Origin: Candidatus Latescibacterota bacterium | GTDB taxonomy: Bacteria > Latescibacterota > UBA2968 | DNA: 64,000 bases | NCBI GenBank assembly: GCA_965207885.1 | Contig: OZ242311.1 | Coordinates: 4,736,001 to 4,800,000 of the forward strand | Reading direction: 5' to 3' | Shown here: in pieces, positions 30,565 to 41,357 of the stretch | Position numbering within the stretch: position 1 is the stretch's first letter | Layout of the letters: each line of letters opens with the position of its first letter | Program-made: the position numbers and the translations under genes | Notes under the pieces: generated by a model | The model's database searches: none | Seen by the model: the letters and a program-made list of their open reading frames with translations, nothing else | What the model was told of the DNA's origin: nothing

Positions 30565-32652
30565 ATGCGTTTTTTTTGTACGGTACAAAAGCTGATTTTG
30601 ATTTCTGCACTCCTGTCCATCCCACTTCTGATTTACCCCTCATCTCTGACCCTGCGGGCCAACGCCGCGTCACAGCCGCCCCTGAAATCTGACTTTGATG
30701 CAGATGGTAGCGTTGGTTTTTCCGACTTTTTGCTATTTGTAGAATTGTTTGAGACCAGTCGAGACGATGAGCAGTATCAAGCCAGGTACGATCTGGACGG
30801 TGATGGTGTCATTGGCTTTGGCGATTTTCTGATCTTTGTCACCGACTTTGGCAAAGTAACGTCACCTCGTCCTTATTATCAGACGATGAATCTACCCGAT
30901 GGCGCAATCGCCCGTCTGGGAAAAGGACGTGTTTCTATTTTTCAAGTCGCGTTCTCGCCCAATGGAGAACAATTAGCTGTGGCAAGTGGTATTCGCATTT
31001 GGCTTTACGATGTGGCAACCGCCTGTGAAGTCGCGCTACTCACGGGACATACGAATTGGGTCGATGCTGTGGCATTCTCGCCTGATGGGGCTACACTCGC
31101 TTCGGGGGGATGGGACCGCACAGTCAGACTGTGGGATGTCAACACAGGACGACTAACTGCCACGCTCGAACATAACTTTCAGGTATATACTGTGGCATTC
31201 TCACCTGATGGGGATACGATCGCTTCGGCGGGATACGACCCGGTTACGCTATGGGATGTCAAAACAGGACAGATGATCGCCACGCTTGAAGGTCATACGG
31301 AGGTGATCCTCTCGGTCGCATTCTCACCTGATGGGGATATGATCGCTTCGGGAGGTCACGACGACACAGTCAAGCTATGGGATGCCAAAACAGGACACCT
31401 CATCACTACAATTGAAGGACATTGGGATGATGTTACTTCTGTTGCGTTTTCACCTGATGGCACGATACTCGCCTCGGCGTCACGAGATGGCAAGGTCAGA
31501 CTGTGGGATGCCAAAACAGGACGACTGATATCTCCGATCAGAGCACATCATTCCTGGGCCCTCTCGGTCGCATTCTCACCTGATGGTACGACATTCGCTT
31601 CTGGAGGATACGACAACACAGTCAAACTGTGGGATGCCAAAACAGGACACTTGATTTCTACACTCGAAGGACATACGGATGGCGTCTTCTTTGTCGCATT
31701 CTCACCCGATGGCACTACGATCGCTTCGGAGGCAGATGATGGCACAGTCAGACTGTGGGATACCGAAACGGGACACCTGAACGCTACTCTTAAAGGACAT
31801 ACGGATGGCGTCTTCTCAGTCGCATTCTCACCTGATGGTGGCACTATCGTTTCAGGAGCAGGGGCATCTAATGACATAGCCAGTCTTTGGGATGCTGAAA
31901 CAGGACACCTGAACGCTACTCTTGAAGGACATACGTCTTGGATCTCTTCTGTGGCGTTCTCACCTGACGGGACCGCGATCGCTTCGGGGTCACAAGATTA
32001 CACAGTCAGGCTATGGGATGCCGAAACAGGACGACTGACCGCCACGCTTAAAGGGCATACGAATAGAGTCAACTCTGTGGCGTTCTCTCCTGATGGTGCT
32101 ACACTCGCTTCGGGGGCAATAGATGGCACGGTTAGACTGTGGGATGTCGAAACAGGACGACTAATTGCCACCCTCGAACATATAGCTTGGATCAACTCTG
32201 TGGCGTTCTCTCCTGATGGCACGACACTCGCTTCGGGGGTAGATGATGACACGGTTAGGCTGTGGGATGTCGAAACAGGACGACTAACTGCCACCCTCGA
32301 ACACAGGTTTCGGGTCTTCTCTGTGGCGTTCTCTCCTGATGGGACCATGATCGCTGCAGCGGGAGGGTGGTATGGTAGTCTCTGGGATATGAAAACGGGA
32401 CAACTGACTGCCACACTTGATCATAGGTTTGGGGTTTCAGTCTCCTCTGTGGCGTTCTCTCCTGATGGCACGACACTCGCTTCGGGGGGAAGCAGAACGG
32501 TCTATCTTTGGAATACCGAAACGGGACACTTGATCTCCACATTTGAAGGACATACATCTGGGATCTCTTCTGTGGCATTCTCTCCTGATGGCACGACACT
32601 CGCTTCGGCGTCGGGCGATGGCACGGTTCTCCTGTGGGCACTGCTTGAGTGA
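30565..32652 (+). CDS. Secreted WD40-repeat protein (about 14 repeats) with N-terminal dockerin/EF-hand-like domain
   Basis: Signal peptide; DFDADGSVGFSDF...DLDGDGVIGFGDF; LPDGAIARLGKG; 14 VAFSP[D/N]G repeats. Confidence 0.9.
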   Translation: MRFFCTVQKLILISALLSIPLLIYPSSLTLRANAASQPPLKSDFDADGSVGFSDFLLFVELFETSRDDEQYQARYDLDGDGVIGFGDFLIFVTDFGKVTSPRPYYQTMNLPDGAIARLGKGRVSIFQVAFSPNGEQLAVASGIRIWLYDVATACEVALLTGHTNWVDAVAFSPDGATLASGGWDRTVRLWDVNTGRLTATLEHNFQVYTVAFSPDGDTIASAGYDPVTLWDVKTGQMIATLEGHTEVILSVAFSPDGDMIASGGHDDTVKLWDAKTGHLITTIEGHWDDVTSVAFSPDGTILASASRDGKVRLWDAKTGRLISPIRAHHSWALSVAFSPDGTTFASGGYDNTVKLWDAKTGHLISTLEGHTDGVFFVAFSPDGTTIASEADDGTVRLWDTETGHLNATLKGHTDGVFSVAFSPDGGTIVSGAGASNDIASLWDAETGHLNATLEGHTSWISSVAFSPDGTAIASGSQDYTVRLWDAETGRLTATLKGHTNRVNSVAFSPDGATLASGAIDGTVRLWDVETGRLIATLEHIAWINSVAFSPDGTTLASGVDDDTVRLWDVETGRLTATLEHRFRVFSVAFSPDGTMIAAAGGWYGSLWDMKTGQLTATLDHRFGVSVSSVAFSPDGTTLASGGSRTVYLWNTETGHLISTFEGHTSGISSVAFSPDGTTLASASGDGTVLLWALLE

Positions 32653-32777
32653 TATAATGCAAATACTCTTCGATTCAGATGCCGGCAAAAAAGACCAGGA
32701 GATTAGGGAATTACTCCACAAGACATCGGTGATATTCTGCCCTTGTCAGCGGGCAAGACGAAACGCGAGGTGATTTT

Positions 32778-35700
32778 ATGAGAATAAAATGCAAGATACT
32801 CAGCCTGGGCGCGTGCTTGTTTGCACTGCTCTGTCTATCGTCTGTTGGCTATGCTTCGCCGCCATCGACGAATGTGCATTTTTGCAGGGTTCTCAATTTC
32901 GAAGACATGCAGGCGCGCGATAGTTTATATGCTGCGCCAAAACAAACGTTTAACTTAAATGTTGGCGAACCTCGCACGGTGCGAATGATCTACTTCTTGC
33001 CGAATGATCGTCCCTTTCGTCAGGAGGTGGTGGATTCGATGAAAGTGACGATTCGCCAGATTCAGACCTTCTTTGCCGAGCAGATGCAGGCGCACGGGCA
33101 TGGGCACAAGACCTTCCGCTTTGAAACCGATGCAGAGGGTGAGCCGATGGTTCATCGCGTGGATGGGCAATACCCCGATAGTCACTATCTCGACGACACA
33201 GTTGGTACTGTGTTTAACGAGCTCGAACAGGTGTTTAATCTCGATGCAAATATTTACTTCATCGTCATTGACAATGGTAGAAATTCAATTGGTCAGGGTG
33301 GTCAGCGTGTGGCAGGGGTAGGAGGACGACGAGGAAGAAATGGTGGTGATACGTTGTTTCCTGATGGATTTAGCTTCCAGACAGCGGCCCATGAGCTTGG
33401 ACATGCCTTTGGATTGAAGCACGACTTCAACGATGGTGCATACATCATGTCGTATGGTCCAGGACAAGATCGGTTATCTATGTGCAATGCCGAATATTCG
33501 GCTGTGCATCCCTATTTTAATCCCAATATCCCAACTGAAGAGGCACAGTTGCCGACCATCGAACTCATTTCGTCGTCCGGATATCCGGCAAGCTCAACAA
33601 GTGTCTCCGTTCAACTCAAAATCAGCAATTCAGAGGGGCTTCATCAAGTGCTCTTATTTGTTAGAACAAGAGAACCCCACCTCGCCGCTGGATTTCTTGA
33701 AGTGAAGGCGTGTCGTGGATTGGCAGGTGAGAAAGATGCTGTCGTTGAATTTGATTATGATGGTCACATTCCCTCTGGTGGCGGAGTAAATCTTTCCTAT
33801 CCTGTTGTGCATCCAATTGCGGCTGCAGTAGTAGATATTAGTGGGAATGTGGCCTGGACATATTTTCAATTGCGGGAACTTTCAGCATACCATATTGCCA
33901 CGCTTGAAGGGCATACATCTCGGATTCGGTCTGTTGCTTTTTCACCCGATGGTACCATCCTCGCCTCAGGTTCAGTAGATAACACGATCAAGCTATGGGA
34001 TATTGCAACGCACGCACCTATTGCCACCCTTGAGCATACGGACAGGGCCAATTCTGTTGCTTTTTCCCCGGATGGCACCATCCTCGCCTCAGGCTCAATA
34101 GACCATATCACGCTATGGGATGTCGCAACAGGAAAAAATATCGCCACCCTTGCAGAGCATCCATATACAAACCGTTCTCTGGCATTCTCACCCGATGGCA
34201 CCACCCTCGCTTCAGGCTCAGGAGACCATATCAGGCTGTGGGATGTTGAGATGAGAATACCTATCACCACACTCAGGCATAGACAGGGTGATGTGGTCTA
34301 TTCTGTGATATTCTCACCCGATGGCACCATCCTTGCTTCGGGATCACATGATCACATAGTCAAGCTGTGGGATGTTGCTACAGGAGAGAATATTGCCACC
34401 CTTGAAGGGCATACGGGTGCGGTCAGTTCAGTTGCTTTTTCTCCGAATGGCCTGATCCTCGCCTCGGGTTCAGAGGATAGCACGGTCAGGCTGTGGGATG
34501 TTGCGGCAGGAGAGAATATTGCCACTCTTGAAGGGCATACGCGATGGGTCTTTTCTGTGTCATTTTCACCCGATGGCGCCACCCTCGCTTCTGGGTCAAA
34601 TGATACCACGGTCAAGTTGTGGGATGTTGTGACAAAAGAAAATATCGCCACGCTTGCGGGGCATACGCGCAGGACCCATTCTGTGTCGTTTTCACCAGAT
34701 GGGACAACGCTCGCTTCCGGGTCTTATGATGGCACGGTCAAGCTGTGGGATATGTCTGAGTGGCTACAGCCGCGTCCTCAAACGCTGGTGAAAATCTCAG
34801 GCGATAATCAACAGGGCATGATCAACGCGCAATTGGATAATCCGTTTGTCGTTGAAGTTAGAGATCAATACGGTGCTACTTTACAAGATGCCCAGGTTAC
34901 ATTTACTGTCACCGCAGGAGACGGAAAGCTCGGTGGGCGGTTTACTACAGAGAACGCCATAACTGATGACAATGGCAGGGCACGAAGTACGCTTATCCCT
35001 GGTCCCGGAACAAATACTGTTGAAGCATCGATTCCTGGGATTGAAGTGACCTTTAATGCTGTGGGCGTTGGAACGCCTGCACCGGTCATAGGTGGTGATT
35101 ATCAGAAGTGGCATTTACCCGAGGGCGCAATCGCCCGCCTGGGCAAAGGAATCATTGGTGAAGGCGACAGAGCGGTTGCGTTTTCATCTGATAGTCAGTG
35201 CCTCGCTGTGGCAAGTGGTATTGGCGTATGGCTTTACGATGTGGCAACTTCTCGTGAACTCGCGTTACTTACCGGGCATAAGGGTTGGGTGTCTTCTGTG
35301 TCATTTTCGCCCGATGGAAAGATTCTTGCTTCCGGGTCAGATGATGCTACGGTCAAATTGTGGGATGTTGCGACACGGACAAATATCGCTACTCTTGAAG
35401 GACATACGCGCAGGGTCAATTCTGTGTCGTTCTCGTCCGATGGGACAATGCTCGCGTCTGGGTCAGATGATACTACGGTCAGACTGTGGAATATTGCGAC
35501 ACGGACAAATATCGCTTCCCTTGAGGAACATAAAAATTCGGTCCAGTCTGTGTCATTTTCGTCTGATGGTACAATACTCGCTTCGGGGTCGTGGGATAAA
35601 ACAGTCAGACTGTGGGATGTTGCGACACGAACGCATATCACCACCCTTGAAGATACGAGGGCGGTCCAGTCAGTGGCGTTCTCACCTGATAAGACGACTC

Positions 35701-37352
35701 TCGCCGTGGGAGCGGGGAATGAGATCAAGTTGTGGGATGTAGAGACAAAGACAAACACCACTATCTTAAGGCATAGGAGTGTTGTCTTATCTGTGGCGTT
35801 TTCGCCTGACGGGACGACACTGATTTCGACTTCATTTGGTGAGGTCAAACTGTGGGATGTTGCGACAAAAATAAATATTGCCACACTTGCACATACGCAT
35901 TGGGTCTATTCTGTGGCGTTTTCACCTGATGGTACAACGCTCGCTGTGGGTGTCAATCTGTGGGATGTATCAACAGGACGCACTGTCACCCCCCTCGAAA
36001 GGCCTGTTGGGCCAGTCATGTTTTCCCCTGATGGGAGGACACTGGCTTCTGGAACAGGTTGGAAAGTCAGGCTTTGGGATGTTGAGACAGGAGAAAATAC
36101 TGCTATCCTTGAAGGACATACTAATATTGTAAATTCTGTGGCGTTTTTGCCAGACGGTACAACGCTGGCTTCGGGGTCAAGTGATCAAACGGTCAAGCTG
36201 TGGGATATCAAGACAGAACAAAATATCGCCACGCTTGAGGGGCATACGAGTGCGGTCACATCAGTGTCGTATTCACCCGATGGAAGGACTCTCGCTTCTG
36301 GTGCAAAAGATTATACGATCAGATTGTGGGATGTATCAACAGGAGAAACTATTTCCATTCTTGAGGGTTATACGAATTCGGTTACATCTGTTGTGTATTC
36401 ACCTGATGGCTCAGCCCTTGCTTCGGGAGCGGGGAAAACAATTAGACTGTGGGATGTTGAGACAAAAGGAAATATTATCACCTTTGAAGGGCATACGGCA
36501 GGGGTCAATTCTGTAGCATTCTTACCTTATGGCACAACCCTTGCTTCGGGGTCAGAGGATGGCACGGCTCTACTGTGGGATATGTCGGAGTACATCACAC
36601 CTGTGGTCAATATTCCCGATGCTAACCTTCGAGCGGTGATCCGGGATGCGCTGGGCAAGTCGCGTTTTGCGCCCATTACTACCACTGATATGGCGGGGTT
36701 GATTACTCTGGATGCGAGCAATCGCAATATCCGCGATCTGACTGGACTGGAGTCTACAACCAATCTGACCGAGTTGGATCTTATAGACAATCCGCTGAGT
36801 TCGCTATCCCTTAACACGCACATCCCGGCCTTACAAGAAAGAGGTGTTTCGGTCACATTTGACAAACCCACGACGCTGGTGAATATCTCAAATAGTGAAC
36901 AGGAAGGCGTGCTCGGTGCAGTGTTGGGGACGCCTCTAATCGTTGAAGTGCGAGATCAGGATGGGAATGTGCTTGCAGGTGTGCCAGTCGCGTTTGTGGT
37001 TACAGCAGGGAATGGGGTGCTCAGTGTAGAGGCCACTGTGACGGATTCGAGTGGTCGAGCATCAAGTGTGCTGACGCTTGGTAACAGTTTGGAGCCAATC
37101 GTTGTTTCGGTCAGGGTTGAGGGAATTGAGCAGCCGGTGACGTTTTTGATAGAGTCTATGGCTACACCTGATTTCGATGGAGATGGTGCTGTTGGTTTTG
37201 CCGATTTTTTGCTATTTGTGGCACAATTCGGGTTCAGTCAGGACGATGAGGGATACGACGCGCGGTTTGATCTGGATGGGGACGGTACAATTGGCTTCGG
37301 AGATTTTCTGATTTTTGCCAATGCCTTTGGCAAAGTCGTATCGTCGAATTGA
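32778..37352 (+). CDS. Secreted multidomain protein: metzincin-like protease, WD40 (about 7+12 repeats), two Ig-like domains, short LRR-like segment, C-terminal dockerin-like domain
   Basis: HELGHAFGLKH with YIMSY Met-turn; WD repeats; KISGDNQQG..VEVRDQ..VTFTV Ig-like motif; IPDANLRAVIR LRR cap; DFDGDGAVGFADF. Confidence 0.88.
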   Translation: MRIKCKILSLGACLFALLCLSSVGYASPPSTNVHFCRVLNFEDMQARDSLYAAPKQTFNLNVGEPRTVRMIYFLPNDRPFRQEVVDSMKVTIRQIQTFFAEQMQAHGHGHKTFRFETDAEGEPMVHRVDGQYPDSHYLDDTVGTVFNELEQVFNLDANIYFIVIDNGRNSIGQGGQRVAGVGGRRGRNGGDTLFPDGFSFQTAAHELGHAFGLKHDFNDGAYIMSYGPGQDRLSMCNAEYSAVHPYFNPNIPTEEAQLPTIELISSSGYPASSTSVSVQLKISNSEGLHQVLLFVRTREPHLAAGFLEVKACRGLAGEKDAVVEFDYDGHIPSGGGVNLSYPVVHPIAAAVVDISGNVAWTYFQLRELSAYHIATLEGHTSRIRSVAFSPDGTILASGSVDNTIKLWDIATHAPIATLEHTDRANSVAFSPDGTILASGSIDHITLWDVATGKNIATLAEHPYTNRSLAFSPDGTTLASGSGDHIRLWDVEMRIPITTLRHRQGDVVYSVIFSPDGTILASGSHDHIVKLWDVATGENIATLEGHTGAVSSVAFSPNGLILASGSEDSTVRLWDVAAGENIATLEGHTRWVFSVSFSPDGATLASGSNDTTVKLWDVVTKENIATLAGHTRRTHSVSFSPDGTTLASGSYDGTVKLWDMSEWLQPRPQTLVKISGDNQQGMINAQLDNPFVVEVRDQYGATLQDAQVTFTVTAGDGKLGGRFTTENAITDDNGRARSTLIPGPGTNTVEASIPGIEVTFNAVGVGTPAPVIGGDYQKWHLPEGAIARLGKGIIGEGDRAVAFSSDSQCLAVASGIGVWLYDVATSRELALLTGHKGWVSSVSFSPDGKILASGSDDATVKLWDVATRTNIATLEGHTRRVNSVSFSSDGTMLASGSDDTTVRLWNIATRTNIASLEEHKNSVQSVSFSSDGTILASGSWDKTVRLWDVATRTHITTLEDTRAVQSVAFSPDKTTLAVGAGNEIKLWDVETKTNTTILRHRSVVLSVAFSPDGTTLISTSFGEVKLWDVATKINIATLAHTHWVYSVAFSPDGTTLAVGVNLWDVSTGRTVTPLERPVGPVMFSPDGRTLASGTGWKVRLWDVETGENTAILEGHTNIVNSVAFLPDGTTLASGSSDQTVKLWDIKTEQNIATLEGHTSAVTSVSYSPDGRTLASGAKDYTIRLWDVSTGETISILEGYTNSVTSVVYSPDGSALASGAGKTIRLWDVETKGNIITFEGHTAGVNSVAFLPYGTTLASGSEDGTALLWDMSEYITPVVNIPDANLRAVIRDALGKSRFAPITTTDMAGLITLDASNRNIRDLTGLESTTNLTELDLIDNPLSSLSLNTHIPALQERGVSVTFDKPTTLVNISNSEQEGVLGAVLGTPLIVEVRDQDGNVLAGVPVAFVVTAGNGVLSVEATVTDSSGRASSVLTLGNSLEPIVVSVRVEGIEQPVTFLIESMATPDFDGDGAVGFADFLLFVAQFGFSQDDEGYDARFDLDGDGTIGFGDFLIFANAFGKVVSSN

Positions 37353-37457
37353 AAGTGTCGCAAGCATCCTGCAAGATAAAGTGTCAATTGTAAATGGTTT
37401 GAAAATGCACTTGTTCATAACTGAGGTTACGAATAAAGGATTCAGGAGGGTACTTTT

Positions 37458-38330
37458 ATGAGGATGGTATGCCTAACGCTCGGTTTATTTATGGTGAGTT
37501 TTTCAACTGCTAAGGGTGATGATTTTGTGAATTTTTCGCCATGCACTTGGTCGCCGTTCTTTCCATCTAAGGGATTGTTGTTGGGAGGCAGTTATGTGAA
37601 TAGAAATGACGATAGTAATTCTTACCTGAAGAGCAATAATTCCTCAGAGGTGGTTGAATCATATGTAGGTGAACGTGCGAGGCAAGTTATCATCGCCAGG
37701 GGGCGGTATGTTAGAGTGACTTATCGCAAAGACAATGGCGAGAGCGAGACGGTGGAAGGGTTCGTCCAGGCGATGGATGCAACCGCGTTGACGATTTACC
37801 GGGACGTCTGGCGAAAGACAATCCCGAAGGACAGGATTCGTGCCCTGATGATCCTCAATCATCTGAGCCAACGCCAGTCAAGCAGGTTAAATGATGACTC
37901 CTACACCTGGATCATTACTGGTTTTTTTGGTGGTGCGATTGGCTGGACGATCGGTTCGGAGATCGGTGGTGATGGATGTGAACAAGGAGATACTTTTTGT
38001 GGATTTAAAGCCATTGAAGGTGGAATCATAGGCGCGCTTATTGGCTCTGCGACTGGCATTGTGACTGGATTAGTAATCTTGAGAGATCAGAAACCACATG
38101 GTCAATTTGGCGTTGCCATGAAAGGTAGTCTGATGGGATTGGGTGCAGGTACTGTCATGACGATGGCTGTAAATAGAAAGCTCTGGCCGTCCATGCTTAT
38201 CGGCCCGGTCATGGGAGCCACAATCATGTCCCGGCGGTCACACGATACCCTTGACCCTCGCCGTTTCTCAGTGGGTTTTGCACCTGATCGCGATGGCAAT
38301 TTGTCCGCGATTGCCACGTTTCGGTTTTAG
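37458..38330 (+). CDS. Array family B: exported protein with small beta domain, Gly-rich hydrophobic helices and C-terminal beta-signal
   Basis: Signal peptide; RYVRVTY..VEGFVQAMD; CEQGDTFCG; ends RRFSVGFAPDRDGNLSAIATFRF. Confidence 0.75.
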   Translation: MRMVCLTLGLFMVSFSTAKGDDFVNFSPCTWSPFFPSKGLLLGGSYVNRNDDSNSYLKSNNSSEVVESYVGERARQVIIARGRYVRVTYRKDNGESETVEGFVQAMDATALTIYRDVWRKTIPKDRIRALMILNHLSQRQSSRLNDDSYTWIITGFFGGAIGWTIGSEIGGDGCEQGDTFCGFKAIEGGIIGALIGSATGIVTGLVILRDQKPHGQFGVAMKGSLMGLGAGTVMTMAVNRKLWPSMLIGPVMGATIMSRRSHDTLDPRRFSVGFAPDRDGNLSAIATFRF

Positions 38331-38407
38331 ACGGTTACCGGTTATATAGCCCCGTAGATTGATCCAGGTGCTCTCAGTACAATGCAAGGATGACAGAGGA
38401 TATATCC

Positions 38408-39625
38408 ATGAAAATAGTCACTATGGTTACGGTTGTGGCAGTCCTGCTCAACGCGGTAGTTCCCACACTTGCCCACGCAGCCATATACCTGCAAGGGGCA
38501 GAGGTCAATGCCAATACGCTGGTCCAAGATGCCTATGTGCAAGTCATCTATCGCGACAGCAACGACCAAAAAAAAACGGAGAAGGGATGGATTGATGCGA
38601 TTGGTGAAACTTCGTTCACAATCCGAGAAGGAGGATTCAGGAGTAAGAAGACCATTGCCTACGATAAAGTTGTGTCGGTGATCATGAGCGAAGAATCAAC
38701 AGTGCCAGCAAAACAGATGAATGAGATAAATCGGTTTATTCGAGAGATGAAAGCAAGAGAAATAGAACAGGCGAAAAAAGAGAAAGAAGCAAAGGAAGAG
38801 CAGAGAAAAAAAGAGGCTGAACAGGCTGCCATACAACGGCTCAAACAACGGCTAAAAGACAAGGTCGTTATAATTGGTCAATTCGACTTTTCGAAGAAGG
38901 AATGGTATGCCTATGTGGTCTATACTTCTAAAGAAGGGGGCAAGAGAACGGCAATCGGACAGATTATCAAGCAAGACTCTGATTCTATCGTGATCAGAGT
39001 GCAGGAGAGTGGAAGATTGAAAATTAGGAGAAAAACAATAGCATACACTGACATAGATACGCTCGTTATCGCCCGACAATCGCGAGATATTGAAGAATGG
39101 CGAAATGCAAGACAGACCCAAGGATACGGGTACGGGGAACAGGTTATGCAACAACTCTATGCAGAAGATTCCAGAGTGCGTGTTTATGCGCCTTCAATTT
39201 GGAAGAGATGGATGGTCGGCAAGCTGATTAAAAAGACGCAAGACACACTCGTTGTCCGTGGAGAACTTACACTTTATGGACGTAGATTTTATCAGGTGCC
39301 TCTTTCTTCGGTCTCCAATCTCGAAGTCAGCACTGGACAGCATAGAAACACATTTAAAGGCATGGCAATCGGCATTGGCATCGGATTTTCCCTTTCTACG
39401 GCTCTTACTTCTTTAGTGGCGAGGGGGTTTTACATCAATATTCCTTGGGTACTATCTTCTAAAGGTGGGAGAATAATATTTATCGGACCTATATGTATTT
39501 GCACTCTCATTGGTGCTATAACAAAATCCGACAAATGGGTCGAGGTGCCGCCTCAACGCCTCAATCTGAGCCTTGCACCCACATTTGGAAAAGAGCTTCG
39601 CGCCGCGCTTACGTTTAATTTCTGA
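38408..39625 (+). CDS. Array family A paralogue 1 (putative OM-anchored protein)
   Basis: Signal peptide (LAHA), conserved N-domain to KQMNEINRFI, hydrophobic hairpin, ends KSDKWVEV..LRAALTFNF. Confidence 0.8.
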   Translation: MKIVTMVTVVAVLLNAVVPTLAHAAIYLQGAEVNANTLVQDAYVQVIYRDSNDQKKTEKGWIDAIGETSFTIREGGFRSKKTIAYDKVVSVIMSEESTVPAKQMNEINRFIREMKAREIEQAKKEKEAKEEQRKKEAEQAAIQRLKQRLKDKVVIIGQFDFSKKEWYAYVVYTSKEGGKRTAIGQIIKQDSDSIVIRVQESGRLKIRRKTIAYTDIDTLVIARQSRDIEEWRNARQTQGYGYGEQVMQQLYAEDSRVRVYAPSIWKRWMVGKLIKKTQDTLVVRGELTLYGRRFYQVPLSSVSNLEVSTGQHRNTFKGMAIGIGIGFSLSTALTSLVARGFYINIPWVLSSKGGRIIFIGPICICTLIGAITKSDKWVEVPPQRLNLSLAPTFGKELRAALTFNF

Positions 39626-39669
39626 TGGTTGCTCTTTTGACAAATACTAATTGTGCAAGGTGAACGATT

Positions 39670-40225
39670 ATGAAGCGATATACGCTAATTGGGATATGCA
39701 CACTGTGTATATGGCTCATGACGGGTGAGGGTTTTGCCCAGCAGGTTAGATCACTCGTTTTAGTTTTTCCCAACAATAGCCCCACAGCAGCTTTGGGCAA
39801 TGCTGGTGTGGGGTTGATCGGGAGCGGGCAGGCCATTTTTTACAATCCCGCAGGGCTGGCTTTTATGGAGGGTCGAGAAGCGTATTTTACGTATGTAACT
39901 TGGTTTAGTGGTATCAAGAACTACGTAGCTGGTGTGTCAGCAAATGTACCGCGTATAGGAACATTCGGGTTTTCTGCTGTGAATTTCGATAACACCAATG
40001 AGAATGAGAGCGAATATGCTATTTCTGGGGCTTATGCGTTCAATATTACCCGCCGGATTGCAGCAGGAGCAACTGTCACGCTGGCGCATCACGACCAACG
40101 GCGGTGGGGCACTAAAGATGGATTACGCACGCAAGGCCTTTTATTATCGTAGCGAAGTTCCTGGAAGGTTTATTTACACGGTTAATTCTAAAGTACATAT
40201 TCTCAGCCTTGCTTTCAATTTTTAG
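39670..40225 (+). pseudogene. PorV-like beta-barrel paralogue 1, internally deleted and frameshifted
   Basis: N-half matches 46469-47437 (YNPAGLAFMEGREAYFTYV). The C-terminal KMDY..VHILSLAFNF lies in another frame after about 40090, and the middle of the barrel is missing. Confidence 0.75.
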
Positions 40226-40256
40226 GGTGAGGTTACTAATTCGAAAAGGGAAACTC

Positions 40257-41330
40257 ATGGTACGAATAGCTGCAATCGTTTGGATGTTAAGCGTATGTAT
40301 GCCTGAGACACTACTGGCAGGAGTGGTCTTTGAGGCTGGTGAAATTGATAGCAGCACGGTTAAACCCGGTGCCTATGTCGAGATTATATATGGGAGTGGG
40401 GAGCGAGATCCAGTGTCAGGAGTGTGGGAGAGGCTGGATACTGCAAAGGGATATATTCAAGCGATTGATGCGGAGCGGTTGGTTATAGGAGAACGGTTTT
40501 GGAAGAAGGAGATTGCATTAGATCGCATTCAAAAGCTGACGATTCCAGATGCTACCCACGAGATGAGTAACGTCAGTGGGATACCAGACCCGTCTTTCGG
40601 ATCACGGACATTGCAGACGGAAATTGTTTTAGAAGCCAGTGAGATTGATAGCAGCACGGTTGAAGTCGGTGATTTTGTCGAGGTTATCTATGGGAAGGGC
40701 GAGCGGGATTCGGTGTCTGGAGAGTGGGATGGAGTGAAGAAAGTAAAAGGATATGTCAAAGCTATTGATACAGAGTATTTGATTATTGGCGAACGGTTTT
40801 GGGAAGAGAGGGTCGCATTGGATCGCATTCAAAAGCTGACCATAACAGACTCCTCCCGCGGTAGGTCGAGGGTTGAGATTGGCAGTGCTGTTGCGACAGA
40901 GTATCGGAGCGCTTGGCCCTTTTTGGGTATTGCGCCTGGTACGGTCATTTTGAATGAGGAAAATTTTAGTCTTAGTTTTGTTCACGTTTTTGCCGGATAT
41001 GAGCTTGGAGCTGGGCAATTTAGCGCGAGTATAGAGGCAGGGTATGGCGCACCAATTGAAGCATTGCAGTGGGGGGTTGGTGTTTTTTCGGTGAATGGAA
41101 ATTTTCATCTTATTAAAAAACATCGTCTGAATACTGGCGTTCCTTTTTTGTCAGTTGGCTATACGGCTTTGGTGAGGGAGGGAAGCACGAGTCTATTCAA
41201 TGTTGGGGCCGGTATCACCTGGTGGTCTCATAAAGGCAGGAGCCTGCGTCTGGAAGTGCGAGATCATATTACCTCGTCAGGAGGAGAGGGCGCACATGCT
41301 CTGGAATTCAGGATCAGTGTTGTTCGATAA
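40257..41330 (+). CDS. Array family C paralogue 1: two tandem small beta domains plus OM beta-barrel-like C-terminus
   Basis: The EIDSSTV...IQKLTI domain occurs twice; C-terminal amphipathic strands (PFLSVGY, FNVGAGI, LRLEVRD). Confidence 0.75.
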   Translation: MVRIAAIVWMLSVCMPETLLAGVVFEAGEIDSSTVKPGAYVEIIYGSGERDPVSGVWERLDTAKGYIQAIDAERLVIGERFWKKEIALDRIQKLTIPDATHEMSNVSGIPDPSFGSRTLQTEIVLEASEIDSSTVEVGDFVEVIYGKGERDSVSGEWDGVKKVKGYVKAIDTEYLIIGERFWEERVALDRIQKLTITDSSRGRSRVEIGSAVATEYRSAWPFLGIAPGTVILNEENFSLSFVHVFAGYELGAGQFSASIEAGYGAPIEALQWGVGVFSVNGNFHLIKKHRLNTGVPFLSVGYTALVREGSTSLFNVGAGITWWSHKGRSLRLEVRDHITSSGGEGAHALEFRISVVR

Positions 41331-41357
41331 TCTCTGATATTGGAAAGGGTAATGACT

